From positions 2,819,000 through 2,882,999 of the forward strand of contig CM082587.2 of the NCBI GenBank assembly GCA_040954595.2: a stretch of DNA of 64,000 nucleotides. The letters run 5' to 3'. Shown one piece after another: positions 37,155 through 47,920 of this stretch; within the stretch, counting starts at the first letter, position 1, and every line of letters starts with the position of its first letter. A model generated the notes under the pieces. That model was not told where the DNA came from. It saw only the letters and a program-made list of their open reading frames with translations, and ran no database searches. The translations under genes were made by a program, and so were the position numbers. Source of the stretch: Balanoglossus misakiensis (taxonomy: Eukaryota; Animalia; Hemichordata).

Positions 37155-39062
37155 ATGGCGTCCGCCATCGCACCACGTCGCAACCAGAACGGGGACTTGA
37201 TCCTCGATCTATGCCGGAGGAACTACACCTCAATACCGGCAGATGCGTTCACGCACACCAACATAGATATCCTCAGACTGTCCGAGAACAGACTGACCGT
37301 ACTCGCCGCGGCTACCAGCTCATTCAGAACACTGCGCGTACTCGAACTCCGCAAGAATTACCTGGAGACCTTCCCACCACCGATTCTGGAGCTGCAACAC
37401 CTGAGAAGCCTAGACCTGTCTTTCAACAAACTATCGAGCGTGAGCAAGGGCGTTAAAGGACTCGTAAACCTCGCCATCCTGCTCCTATCTAACAACAGTT
37501 TCAGGAAATTTCCAGAAGAAGTTTGTCTGATCAAGAAGTTAGAGAAACTCGACATCAGCAACTGCCGCATCGACGACGTTCCCGCGTCTGTTGCCCAACT
37601 CCAAACCCTCGCGGAGCTGGATGTCTCCTGCAACCAGATCACCGACATATCGCAGGAGATATACCGCAACCGATGTTTGCACACGCTCAACTTATCGAAC
37701 AACAAGCTGGAAAGGCTGCCCCCGTTGCTCTGTGTGAGGCTCACGAGATTGGGAGAGTTGAAATTGAGCGGCAACGACATGAGGGAACCGCCCAAGGATG
37801 TCTGCGAGAAAGGCCTAGCCGCAGTCCAGGAATATCAACAGAAACGGCAGCTAGTTCGCCCGGTAGCGACCGTCAATCCCCGTAGTCCCCGCACTCCCGT
37901 TCCTAGATACCGCATGAAAAGAGGGCTGGTGGCCATCATCTGCAATGAAAAATACACCAGCAGAGAAGCTAGGCCCGGTTCCTTGGTAGACAGAGGTGAG
38001 AACTCCACAAAAGTCCATCAGCACAAGCCGTTCTTCACCATTATTCCAATAATGTCCGACAAAACAGACAGGACTACCCTGTATTCACCCCAAAAGAAAA
38101 CAACTGCGTTTATTGCCTCAGAAAGTTATGTTACAATAACCTATTATTATGTACTGCAGTAAATAACACGGATACTATTCTTATGAATAAGTCAAATTAA
38201 TAATACCGCATCTGTGGGTCACTATGAGGGTGGTATGTCCACGCTGACACAGATTTAGTCACGTACTAGGCAACTATTTGAGATGCGGTGAGATGATAAA
38301 TTCATTTTGTGACTGGACGATGTACATGCAACCACATGCACAGCAACTCTGCTGAGGACAATAAACAAACACGCATGCACGACAGTAGATATAGATTTGA
38401 ACTAGAAGTAGACTCTCTCAACGCGAATTATTTCTCTATATATCACACTGAAAAAATAATATTTTTTCTCTTCTTTCAATTTATGGACAGACCGGCTAAG
38501 AGATGCCTTCAAGAAATATCCATTCAGCATCAAAGTATTCAACAACTTGGACGGCGGAGAAATGCTATACTCGCTCAAACTTTTGTGCAAAATGGATGAC
38601 GATATCGACTGCTTAATTCTCTTCCTGCTCACTCATGGGACGCCTACTTCGGCCCTCGGGGTCGACGGAAAGAGCATCTGCTTCAAAGACGTCGTGGAGA
38701 CCTTCTCCGCGGAATCGTGTCCTCGGCTGGTCGGAAAACCGAAGTTGATCTTCCAGCAGGGTTACCAGTCGGACGCCAAGGACACGGGCCAGTTCGTGCT
38801 GCCGAACGAAGACGATTTCATGTTCGGGTCTTCGATGATCGCAACGTACGAAGCCTACCGCGAAGCGACGCAGAAGTCGTCGCCGTACATCGAGTCTATA
38901 TGTCGCTTCACCAAGGAGTACGGCGAGACGAACCACATGACGGAGGTCATGACCATGGTGGCCGATCAGATGAAGACGAGGACGTACTCCGTGCGGGGCA
39001 AGCCGACCAAAATGGGGACATTTCTGATCGGAACGCTGACCAAACAACTGTGGCTAAAGTGA
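37155..39062 (+). CDS. LRR + pseudocaspase protein, copy 2; exons 37155-37995 and 38491-39062, 470 aa
   Basis: Same architecture and intron position as copy 1. Motifs LLTHG and GKPKLIFQQGYQ (catalytic Cys position is Tyr). Confidence 0.88.
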
Positions 39063-39231
39063 AACATGTGCACGATTTACTCTTTGGAAGCTGTCCAATG
39101 ATAACGTGCAGTAGAAAGCTGCCCATTGAGATGCACAGTAAAGAATTTGAACAGTGATTTCTATTGATTTTTTTTATAAACTAAATTTTGTTTCTTAAAC
39201 TCTTCCGAGTAAATCGGTCGCTCAAAAAGTG

Positions 39232-39258
39232 TAAATAAATAAATGAATAAATAAATAA
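39232..39258. repeat. (TAAA)n microsatellite / polyadenylation-signal cluster after copy 2
   Basis: taaataaataaatgaataaataaataa. Confidence 0.7.
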
Positions 39259-39911
39259 GGTTTTCCTAGTTAATTCAGATTCCGACCATATTGATTGGTC
39301 AATTATTTTCCACAGTGTGATTGGTCAGTTTGGAACAGGTGTGCAATATAAGACGCTCCAGACAACCGGGCGTTGACCCTATGGTGTCTGTCCGCATCTC
39401 TGCTGACGTAACTCTAAACTAGGGCGGACGTATTCGCACCTGTTGTACCTGGTTCCTTTGGAATGCAAATATATTTGTAGATGAGACTCGGTTCTGACAC
39501 AACAGTCTGGTGGTATTGAGCAACACCCCTGCTCATTAATTCAGCCAATCAGCAGTAGATCCATAATTGACCCCTAAAATGTCATGACCATGATCACATG
39601 GTGACTAGGGATCCGAGGTTGCCATGGTTAGAGTCTCTCGACATGCAACTAGCAAAATGTCGAAAACGAAGACCAAAATGCTAGACTGTGTGTGGAGAGC
39701 AAAGCGAAACAGGCACGAGTCTGGATTCTACAATATTTGCGTAGTCAAGAGAAATTGCGAGCTGTTGTCTACCTGTACACCAAAACGACGAGCAAAGGAA
39801 CCATCGGTGGATATATACAACCACAAATAATTAACCCAATGCCACTTGACATGTAGCCAAGGTTACTATTAGATACTCTGACGACATCGTACAACATACA
39901 GTAGTAAAAAA

Positions 39912-41482
39912 ATGTCTTCCCTGATCAAACCTCGTCGGAACCAAAATGGGGATTTGACCCTAAATCTGTGCGGGAGGAATTACTCAACAATCCCCGCAGA
40001 TGCCTTCGTGTATCCTAATATCGACGTTCTCAACTTGTCAGAGAACAGGCTGACTGTACTGCCGGCAGCAGCCAGCTCATTCAAGTCGCTACGAGTTCTC
40101 CAACTTCGACGGAACTATCTAGAGAGCTTTCCGTCGCCGGTTCTGGAGCTGCAGCAACTGAGGAGTCTGGACCTGTCGTTCAACAAGCTATCTGGTGTCA
40201 GCAAGGAGATCAAGGGACTTGTCCACTTAACCGTCCTGTTGCTGTCGAACAACAACTTCAGGAGGTTCCCTGAAGAAGTCTGTCCCCTCAAGCGGTTGGA
40301 GACACTTCACGTGAACAACTGTGGCATCCCCTCCGTCCCCGCGTCCATCGCCCACCTCGAAAGCCTCACCGAACTGGAAGCGTCCGGAAACCAGATCACG
40401 GACGTGTCCGATGAAATCTGCGGGAACAGACGTTTGACCACGGTCAACTTGTCGAACAACAAGCTGGAAAGGCTACCGCCGCTGCTGTGTGTCAAGCTCA
40501 CCAATCTAGACGGGTTGCAACTGACAGGCAACGACATGAGGGAACCGCCAAAAGATGTCTGCCAGAGAGGCGTGGCAGCCATCAGGGAGTACCAGGGACG
40601 CCAGGAACGACTGCGAGGGCAACAACGACATCCAGGTGTCTCCGACAAATATCCTCTCAGAAGAGGCTTGGTTGCCATCATTTGCAATGAGAAGTTTACA
40701 AGCAGAGAAGCCAGACCTGGATCGCTAGTCGATAGAGGTAAACGAAAACACGTATTTCATAAGATGTTCAGAGGAAGGCGCTGTACGTGCCTAATCTGCT
40801 TTCCCTCTGGTTTCTAAAAATTCCTGTGGACTAAAACATAACGATTATAAATTTTGTTGGTCACTCTTCTCATACTAACTTATATAGTTCTGTTTGTCAA
40901 TGGACAGATCGATTGAAGGATGCTTTCAAGCATTATCCTTTCGAGGTGCAGGTCTTCAACAACTTGGACGGCGACGAGATGCTGTACACGTTGAAACTCC
41001 TGCGGAAAATGGAGCAGGAAATCGACTGCTTGATTATCTTCCTCCTGAGCCACGGGACGTTGACGTGCTCGCTCGGGAGTGACTGCAAGTACATCAATTT
41101 GGCGGACATCATGCAGACCTTTTCGGCCGAGTTCTGTCCCAGGATGGTTGGGAAACCCAAGCTATTCTTCCAGCAGGGCTTCCAGTCGGATGCCAAGGAC
41201 CCCGGGGGTCAGTTCACCATCCCTGGCGAGGACGATTTCATGTTCGGCTCGTCGATGATCCCAACCTACGAGGGATACCGGACCGCTACCCAGAAATCGT
41301 CGCCCTACATCGAGGCCCTGTGCCGGTGCATCAAGGAGAACGGCTCCACAAATCACGTGGCGGAGATTATGACCCTTGTGGCAGACGAAATGAAGGCCCG
41401 GATGTTCACGGTGAAGGGACAGAAACTGAAAATGAACACCGTCCAATTTGGAACTCTAACGAAGCAGTTGTGGTTAAAATAG
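39912..41482 (+). CDS. LRR + pseudocaspase protein, copy 3; exons 39912-40737 and 40908-41482, 466 aa
   Basis: Same architecture and intron position. Motifs LLSHG and GKPKLFFQQGFQ. Confidence 0.88.
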
Positions 41483-42430
41483 AAATATAGAGACAGATAC
41501 ACACGATCCCAATAATGAATAACGTGATTCTCCGTTACCTGTTTGACTGAAAAGACAGTACACCCTGTTATTCGTTGTCAAATATCTCAAAGAAACCCAT
41601 TTCGAGAATTCTCAAATACACGTATCTTTGCCAAATGGCAACAATATTGCGTAATATTTTAAAGAAAGGTGTACGAAAGACTTTGTACAGTACACTGTTA
41701 AGGTTTTCTTACGACCGTACTTTCTGTTTTTTATACAACTGTAGTTAGAACGTGATATCTAGAGGCTCCCTGATTTTGTATCTGGAACGCTTATATAACC
41801 GTGTTGATTCACACACTTATGCTTTCTTACATCCGCCTTGTATTAATCTGTCGCACAACAAGCTCACCTGAGCTCCCACGCTACCAGGAAAATCTTCGCT
41901 CAGCAGAATGGAACATCTGCGAAAACCAATAGCAGTTGTCAAGCAAACAGGAAAGGATACATGTTCACCATGGTAACCTCATTGTCATGTCGTCTTATAC
42001 AAGTAGCGCTAATTGGGCCCTAGTGGCGCAGTACAAGACGGATACTCCTTGTGTCAATGCTAACAAGTACAACGTGACGAAGGCGTTACTTGACATTCAG
42101 AATTACCGGTCTTATTCTTTAAAGAGATTGACCATAATTTGTATTTATAATATTCTATAGCCTCTTCCGTGTGCATACAAATGTAATCGATATATGTCCT
42201 TTGTGTCCCTCGTCTTGATATTGTATTGTATTGTAGCTTGTACATAATCCTTTTATTAGGAAATGTTTTTTTTAACGATTAAACAAAAACAGGTCTTGAC
42301 ATCTCCATGATCATTTTAAACGTCTACTCATTAAACATTATCACGCAAATTGTGAATAGTATCCCACAAGAGATGTTGGTTCAGGGTTTGCTTATGGTGG
42401 AGAATCCGCCTTGGTGATAAAGTTGGCGTA

Positions 42431-42500
42431 TGTGTGTGTGTGTGAGAGAGAAAGAGAGAGAGAGAGAGAGAGTCTGAGAGAGAGAGAGAGAGAGAGAGAG
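42431..42500. repeat. (TG)n(AG)n compound microsatellite
   Basis: tgtgtgtgtgtgtgagagagaaagagagag... seen directly. Confidence 0.9.
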
Positions 42501-42943
42501 TTTGAAATTATACCGTCAAGTTTTGTGTTGTGGAACATATGCAGTACCTAATGCTCAATTATAGACGACGCTTTGGAAGCCCTGACGGTAGCATTTGAAG
42601 AATGGCCAAGATGATTTAAAAAAAAAACGTTTGGGAGTCTCATCGCTTTCAGTGGGAGATGGTAGCAATGGCTACAAAAAGTGCTTTGGTCGCAGTAAGG
42701 CTGGCCACTCTAGCAAGACATATTCGGAGATTTCGAAGATCGGAGACATCCACACATGGCTATTCAGCACTCATGCAGGCAGGATACTGGACGTTGCGTC
42801 CACATCTACGTGCCGGACAGAACCACCTGTTGCGTCTGCATACAACATTACCATACACGTGGTAGCCAAAGTCCTTCTGCGGGTCATTTAGCGTTACCAC
42901 TGGATACCATCGACCATATTGGTGGCGAGAGGACAACATAAAA

Positions 42944-44728
42944 ATGGCTGCTGCTGCTGTCAGACCTGTCCGTGACAGAAACGGAGACCTTGTTCTCGAC
43001 CTGTGTCGAAGGAACTACGCGGCAGTGCCGCCAGACGCGTTCATTAACACGGCCATCGACGTACTCAGACTGTCCGAAAACAGACTGACCGCCCTCCCAG
43101 CGGCGGCCGGTACATTCAAGTCACTGCGCGTACTCGAACTTCGCCGAAATTACATCGAGGGATTCCCGCCGCCTATTCTGGAGATGAAACAGTTGAGGAG
43201 CCTCGACCTGTCGTTCAACAAAATTTCAGCCGTCAGTGGAGGCATAAGCGGCCTCACCAATCTAATGGTCCTGTCGCTATCCAACAACAACTTCAAGAAG
43301 TTCCCAGAAGAAGTCTGTCTGATCAAAAATCTGGACAAGCTACTTCTGAGCAACTGCAAGATCGAGTCCGTCCCACCAGCAGTGTCGCAACTACGAGCAC
43401 TGAGCGAACTGGACCTCTCCAACAACCGCATCACAGACATATCCGTCGAAATATACAGAAACGTAAACTTGATCGCTTTGAATTTTTCCAACAACAAACT
43501 GGAAACGTTGCCGCCCTTACTTTCCACCGAACTCACGGGGCTATCTAGTCTGAGTCTGGAGGGCAACGACTTGAGGGAACCGCCAAAGGACATCTGCAAC
43601 AGGGGTTTGGCCGCTGTTCGGGATTATCAGCGGCAGCAGCGTCAAAAACTAGCCAGCGCGCCGTTGTCTGGACGCCAACGAGGACACGCCGCTATCTCTC
43701 GCTACCGTATGAAAAGGGGACTTGTGGCAATCATCAGCAACGAAAAGTTCACCACCAGAGAAGCAAGACCCGGCTCCAAAGTTGACGCAGGTTAGGAACA
43801 GTCAGATCACTTCATTGCAGTAAACTGTTAATCCACATGTCGTTGGTTTGGTGCTATTCCAAACCGCTCGTTATCTATGTTGAACTCAAAATAAATAAAA
43901 TTCCCGTTTTGCTCAGTTACAATATTGCTTTAGTCAATTAATTACATTACGGGCATTACATCTATTACCGAATTGAACGAGTCATTGTTGATGAGACAGT
44001 CCCCTTGAGCAAGAACGAGGACGTATAGTTTACCATCAACAAGCACCTGTTTTGTAATGAAGTCACCGACAGAGCTTTGTTTCTGATCACCAATTTCGGA
44101 CGTATTTTAATAACTATTTTACTTTCGCCGTTTATAAACAGATCGACTGAAAGATGCTTTCAAGCATTATCCGTTCGAAGTGCAGGTCTTCAACAACCTG
44201 GACGGCGACGAGATGCTGTACACCTTGAAACTCCTGCGGAAAATGGAAGAGGAAATTGATTGCCTGATGGTGTTCCTCTTGAGTCACGGCTCGCTGAGCT
44301 GCTCGCTTGGCAGCGACGGCAAGTGCGTCAACTTGCGGGATATAGTGCAGCTCTTCTCTTCGGAATCGTGTCCCAGACTGGCCGGGAAACCCAAGCTGTT
44401 CTTCCAGCAGTGTTTCCAAGCGGACGCCAACGACCCCGGCCAGTTCACCCTCCCGAGCGAAGACGATTTCATGTTCGGCTCCTCCATGATCCCGACCCTG
44501 GAGGGTTACCGCGTCTCTACGCAGAAGTCGTCGCCCTACATCGAGGCCATGTGCCGGTTCATCAAACAAACCGGCTCCGCAAATCACATGGCAGAGATTA
44601 TGACCATGGTGGCGGACGAAATGAAGACCAGAATATACATGGTGAGGGAACAGAAACTGAAAATGAACACTGTTCTGTTTGGGACTCTGACGAAACAGCT
44701 GTGGCTGACAGATAGAATCAGAAGATAA
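42944..44728 (+). CDS. LRR + pseudocaspase protein, copy 4; exons 42944-43790 and 44142-44728, 477 aa
   Basis: Same architecture and intron position. Motifs LLSHG and GKPKLFFQQCFQ; short C-terminal extension TDRIRR. Confidence 0.88.
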
Positions 44729-46159
44729 CATGACTTTTAATGCAGTACTGGCACACCCTAAAGCTGACATTATTTCAAGTAGAATCGGACGCGAACGATC
44801 GGAATTCAGTAGATTGCAGATAGGTACTAACTCTTCTTGGTTTTCCAGTTTAATGACATTGGAAAATCTGTTTGAAAGCGACGAAATTTTGCTATGCAAA
44901 TGCGACTGGCGTTATACGAAGACCATGCTTCCAATAGGTTTAATTCATATCATGTGATTGGACTTATCGATTGACATACCAAGATAACCTCTTGACACTT
45001 ATCACACCCGTACATGTGTCGTGTCGTCCCATCTCTGTGAACACTCCTTGTTACAAAGATAGCCTTTGATCTGACCTTTATAATCCCCATTCGGCAATTT
45101 ATGTCTTGTCGGTAATTTTAAAACAAACACTTGGCGCCCAGTCAGCATATCGTGGAGAAAAAAATGTGAATTCGGTAGCTCATGATGTTTTGATGTCTCA
45201 AACATGTTCACCGTTCCCAGTTGAATTCAAAATACGGCTGGAGTGCCTGTATTCTGCAGAGAGACAGTGTACGTGACACCGAGGGGACGTCATTAGCAAT
45301 TAATTGCGGCTGTGGGTGGTTTTGACCGTTTATCACGGCGAAGCCCACCTGGTGACCATCGGGAAATGCCTTTATGAAGAAAACATACACAGTCAACCAA
45401 AGGACAAAAGACAAGTTTCAGTAAAAGGCGAATTTCTCAGCGAGCGCAGTGAACACTTCGACCACTGGCAGGAAACTGAGGAAAAAAGCCCAATTATGAA
45501 CATCATCTCAAAAATCATAAATGCCATTATGCCATTTCCGTTCCTAATCTCACTTTCGCATATCGCTGTTGTACTATTGCATGCAATATACTGTCTTTGA
45601 TTTTCCGAATTTTTGTGAATTTTTTCTCGTTTGTTATAAGATTCCTACATAACTTTTTTGTGTGTGTGGACCGGTTGGGAGCTCTCTGAGATTCATGAAA
45701 TAGCGGTATCTGAAAACAACCAAACTCCATCTTTGTCAAGTTCTTCCAAGATGATCAGTCTGAAGCACATTTTCTCCCCTACACCTCAGATAAAATGAAA
45801 CAAACTCAGGGCTGCATATTAAAATTTATGATGAGAGGGAAGAGACCTCTCCAGCTCACGCTTTATGCGTGTGAAGTAGGAAATGAAGACGAAAACAACA
45901 TCATGTGGCCGGATTAAAATCTTAATGAAAAAAAAACATCGTGACCGCGGTCGTTGCCATGCAACACGTTCAAGACAGCATTATTAAACTTGTTTTCGTG
46001 AATAACGTGATTACTTTCGAGCCTTAATTTCACTGGTCAACGAACCGCAATTTACCACTGTGATTGGCGCTGAGTGTCACGTGCTTCCTACCCTAAAAGT
46101 CTTGACCACTCCGTCGATTTGTCAAACTTCTGCTGCTGCTGCTCTGAGCAAGAAGAAAG

Positions 46160-47152
46160 ATGCAAAATTCATCACTGACCGATTGCAACGGTTTCGCCCT
46201 GCCTCAAAACTCCAGCCTCCTGTATAGTGATGGCGAACGCCAGATACTGCTTACCAACAGACTTGAGGATCAACTGTATCAGGTCGTCACTTCCATCATT
46301 CTGTCAATTACCATCATCGTCGGAACCGCGGGCAACGTTGCCGTCATCGCGCTCATAGCTGTCAAAAAACCCATGCGCACGCCGCCGAATTTTCAGTTGG
46401 CAAGCCTGGCCCTGGCAGATTTGTTCGCCTGCACCATACCATCTCCCGTGTACCTGCACGGCCTCGTAGCCCTGTTGAATGGATCGTACGACGTCTGTTC
46501 AAAAGTAAAGCAAGCGAGTTGTTCCGTGATTTTGGTGACTTTCCAGTTCGCCTTCTTTACTTCTCTGCTGACGGTGACTACGGTGAGCATCACACGCGCT
46601 GTGGCCATCAGTAACAGACTGAGCGCGAGTCAAAAGAAGAAGATGATCGGTGTATTCGTTGCGTCAAGTTACGCCTGTGGCATCGCTCGTGGCATATATG
46701 TTTTGCTGACACGCGGAGTTGACCGCTCGTGTCTCCACTATGCGGTGTCGGCGGAACGCAGAGAAGACGACGGCGGCGCGAGAGCATTCCTACCGGTGAG
46801 CGTCCTCATTGGGGCCGTGGTTGTGACTCTTTGCTACGTCTACATCCAGGTAAAAGTTCGACGAGCCAGTGCTGCCGTCCATGCTCACAACAGTGCCAGC
46901 TCTGCCCAGAATCCTGATAATGAAAACAACATGGGCACGAACAAGGTTATCGTAACAATTGTGGTGACATTTTTTGCCCTGTACACACCACAAGCCATAT
47001 CATTCATAATGTATTTGTTTGGCATGGTGAAATTTGATGGTTCATCATTTGCGAAGTACATTTTCCTGAGCATATGGCTCGCTGGAAGCGCTGCCAATCC
47101 TATTATTTACGTTTTCAGATCAAGAGCATTTAGAAGCCACTTCAGGAAATGA
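46160..47152 (+). CDS. Orphan rhodopsin-like (class A) GPCR, single exon, 330 aa
   Basis: Seven hydrophobic segments; GN in TM1, SLALADL in TM2, ITRAVAI at the DRY position, LYTP in TM6, ANPIIY in TM7, helix 8 FRSHF; N-terminal NSS glycosylation sequons. Confidence 0.88.
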   Translation: MQNSSLTDCNGFALPQNSSLLYSDGERQILLTNRLEDQLYQVVTSIILSITIIVGTAGNVAVIALIAVKKPMRTPPNFQLASLALADLFACTIPSPVYLHGLVALLNGSYDVCSKVKQASCSVILVTFQFAFFTSLLTVTTVSITRAVAISNRLSASQKKKMIGVFVASSYACGIARGIYVLLTRGVDRSCLHYAVSAERREDDGGARAFLPVSVLIGAVVVTLCYVYIQVKVRRASAAVHAHNSASSAQNPDNENNMGTNKVIVTIVVTFFALYTPQAISFIMYLFGMVKFDGSSFAKYIFLSIWLAGSAANPIIYVFRSRAFRSHFRK

Positions 47153-47702
47153 TATTATGGAACACACACCTCGGGAATCGATTGCCGTAAAAAACGTTGT
47201 GAGGGCCTTCACTTTGTAGACACTGTCGCCGCTTTGTGGATGCGTGTCCAGGTTCACGTCGTCAGTTTTTATGGAATGCTAACAGGGAATGCAAACGCGT
47301 GCGCACACACACGCACCTTCACTTCAAGAATCCTTCGTTTTGGTGATAGATGCGAATCGTTGCTAAGTATCTATATCCCACTAATCGGACTTCTTCTTGC
47401 TGTATTGTCCATTCTTGCCATTGTATTCCCTCTCCACGTGACGTTTTGTACAACTAACGCGGAAGTAGTGCGTTACTTAACTTGTGCATTGTATCACATA
47501 CCTGTCAGTTTCGCATTATGGGTATGACTGTCACACTGAATATAGCAGCAATGGGGCAAATATCTCACTATATATATATTAATGTTTCGCTGTATTTTGC
47601 TAGCAAATGCTGTCGTTCAGCGTGATAGCGAAAGTGTTTCATAGCTGAGCTCAGATAATGCTTCACAGACAATACTTCTCTACGTACGCGTAATTTCCAC
47701 GA

Positions 47703-47713
47703 GGGGATTCCCC
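47703..47713. promoter_or_regulatory. NF-kappaB (Rel) consensus site upstream of the TRAF gene
   Basis: GGGGATTCCCC, a p50-type kappaB palindrome about 210 bp before the TRAF ATG. Confidence 0.55.
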
Positions 47714-47920
47714 ATGCCTACCCATTCGTTTCCTATGAAACATGGAACTAATAATAGAAGTGCTATTATTAACATAACATTACGTGAACTAAACTATAAA
47801 ACGCAGATTTGGGTTATTTTACGCAAAAGCCTATCGTCGGTCCAGAAAAGTGAACTCAGCACAAGTCTATATCGACTGACATTAAAACTATATGTATATT
47901 TAGACGTGCCGTATATACAC

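Noticed and set aside
34093-44728. Bacterial origin or contamination (LRR-metacaspase/CHAT-type defence genes)
   Set aside because: The genes have spliceosomal introns and animal caspase-type motifs (GKPKLFF, small-subunit TLTKQL), and are embedded among animal genes.
44132-44899. Long antisense and alternate-frame ORFs over the caspase exons (also 35230-35844, 38613-39047, 35439-35909)
   Set aside because: Shadow ORFs of GC-rich coding exons; their mutual similarity just reflects the paralogy of the sense genes.
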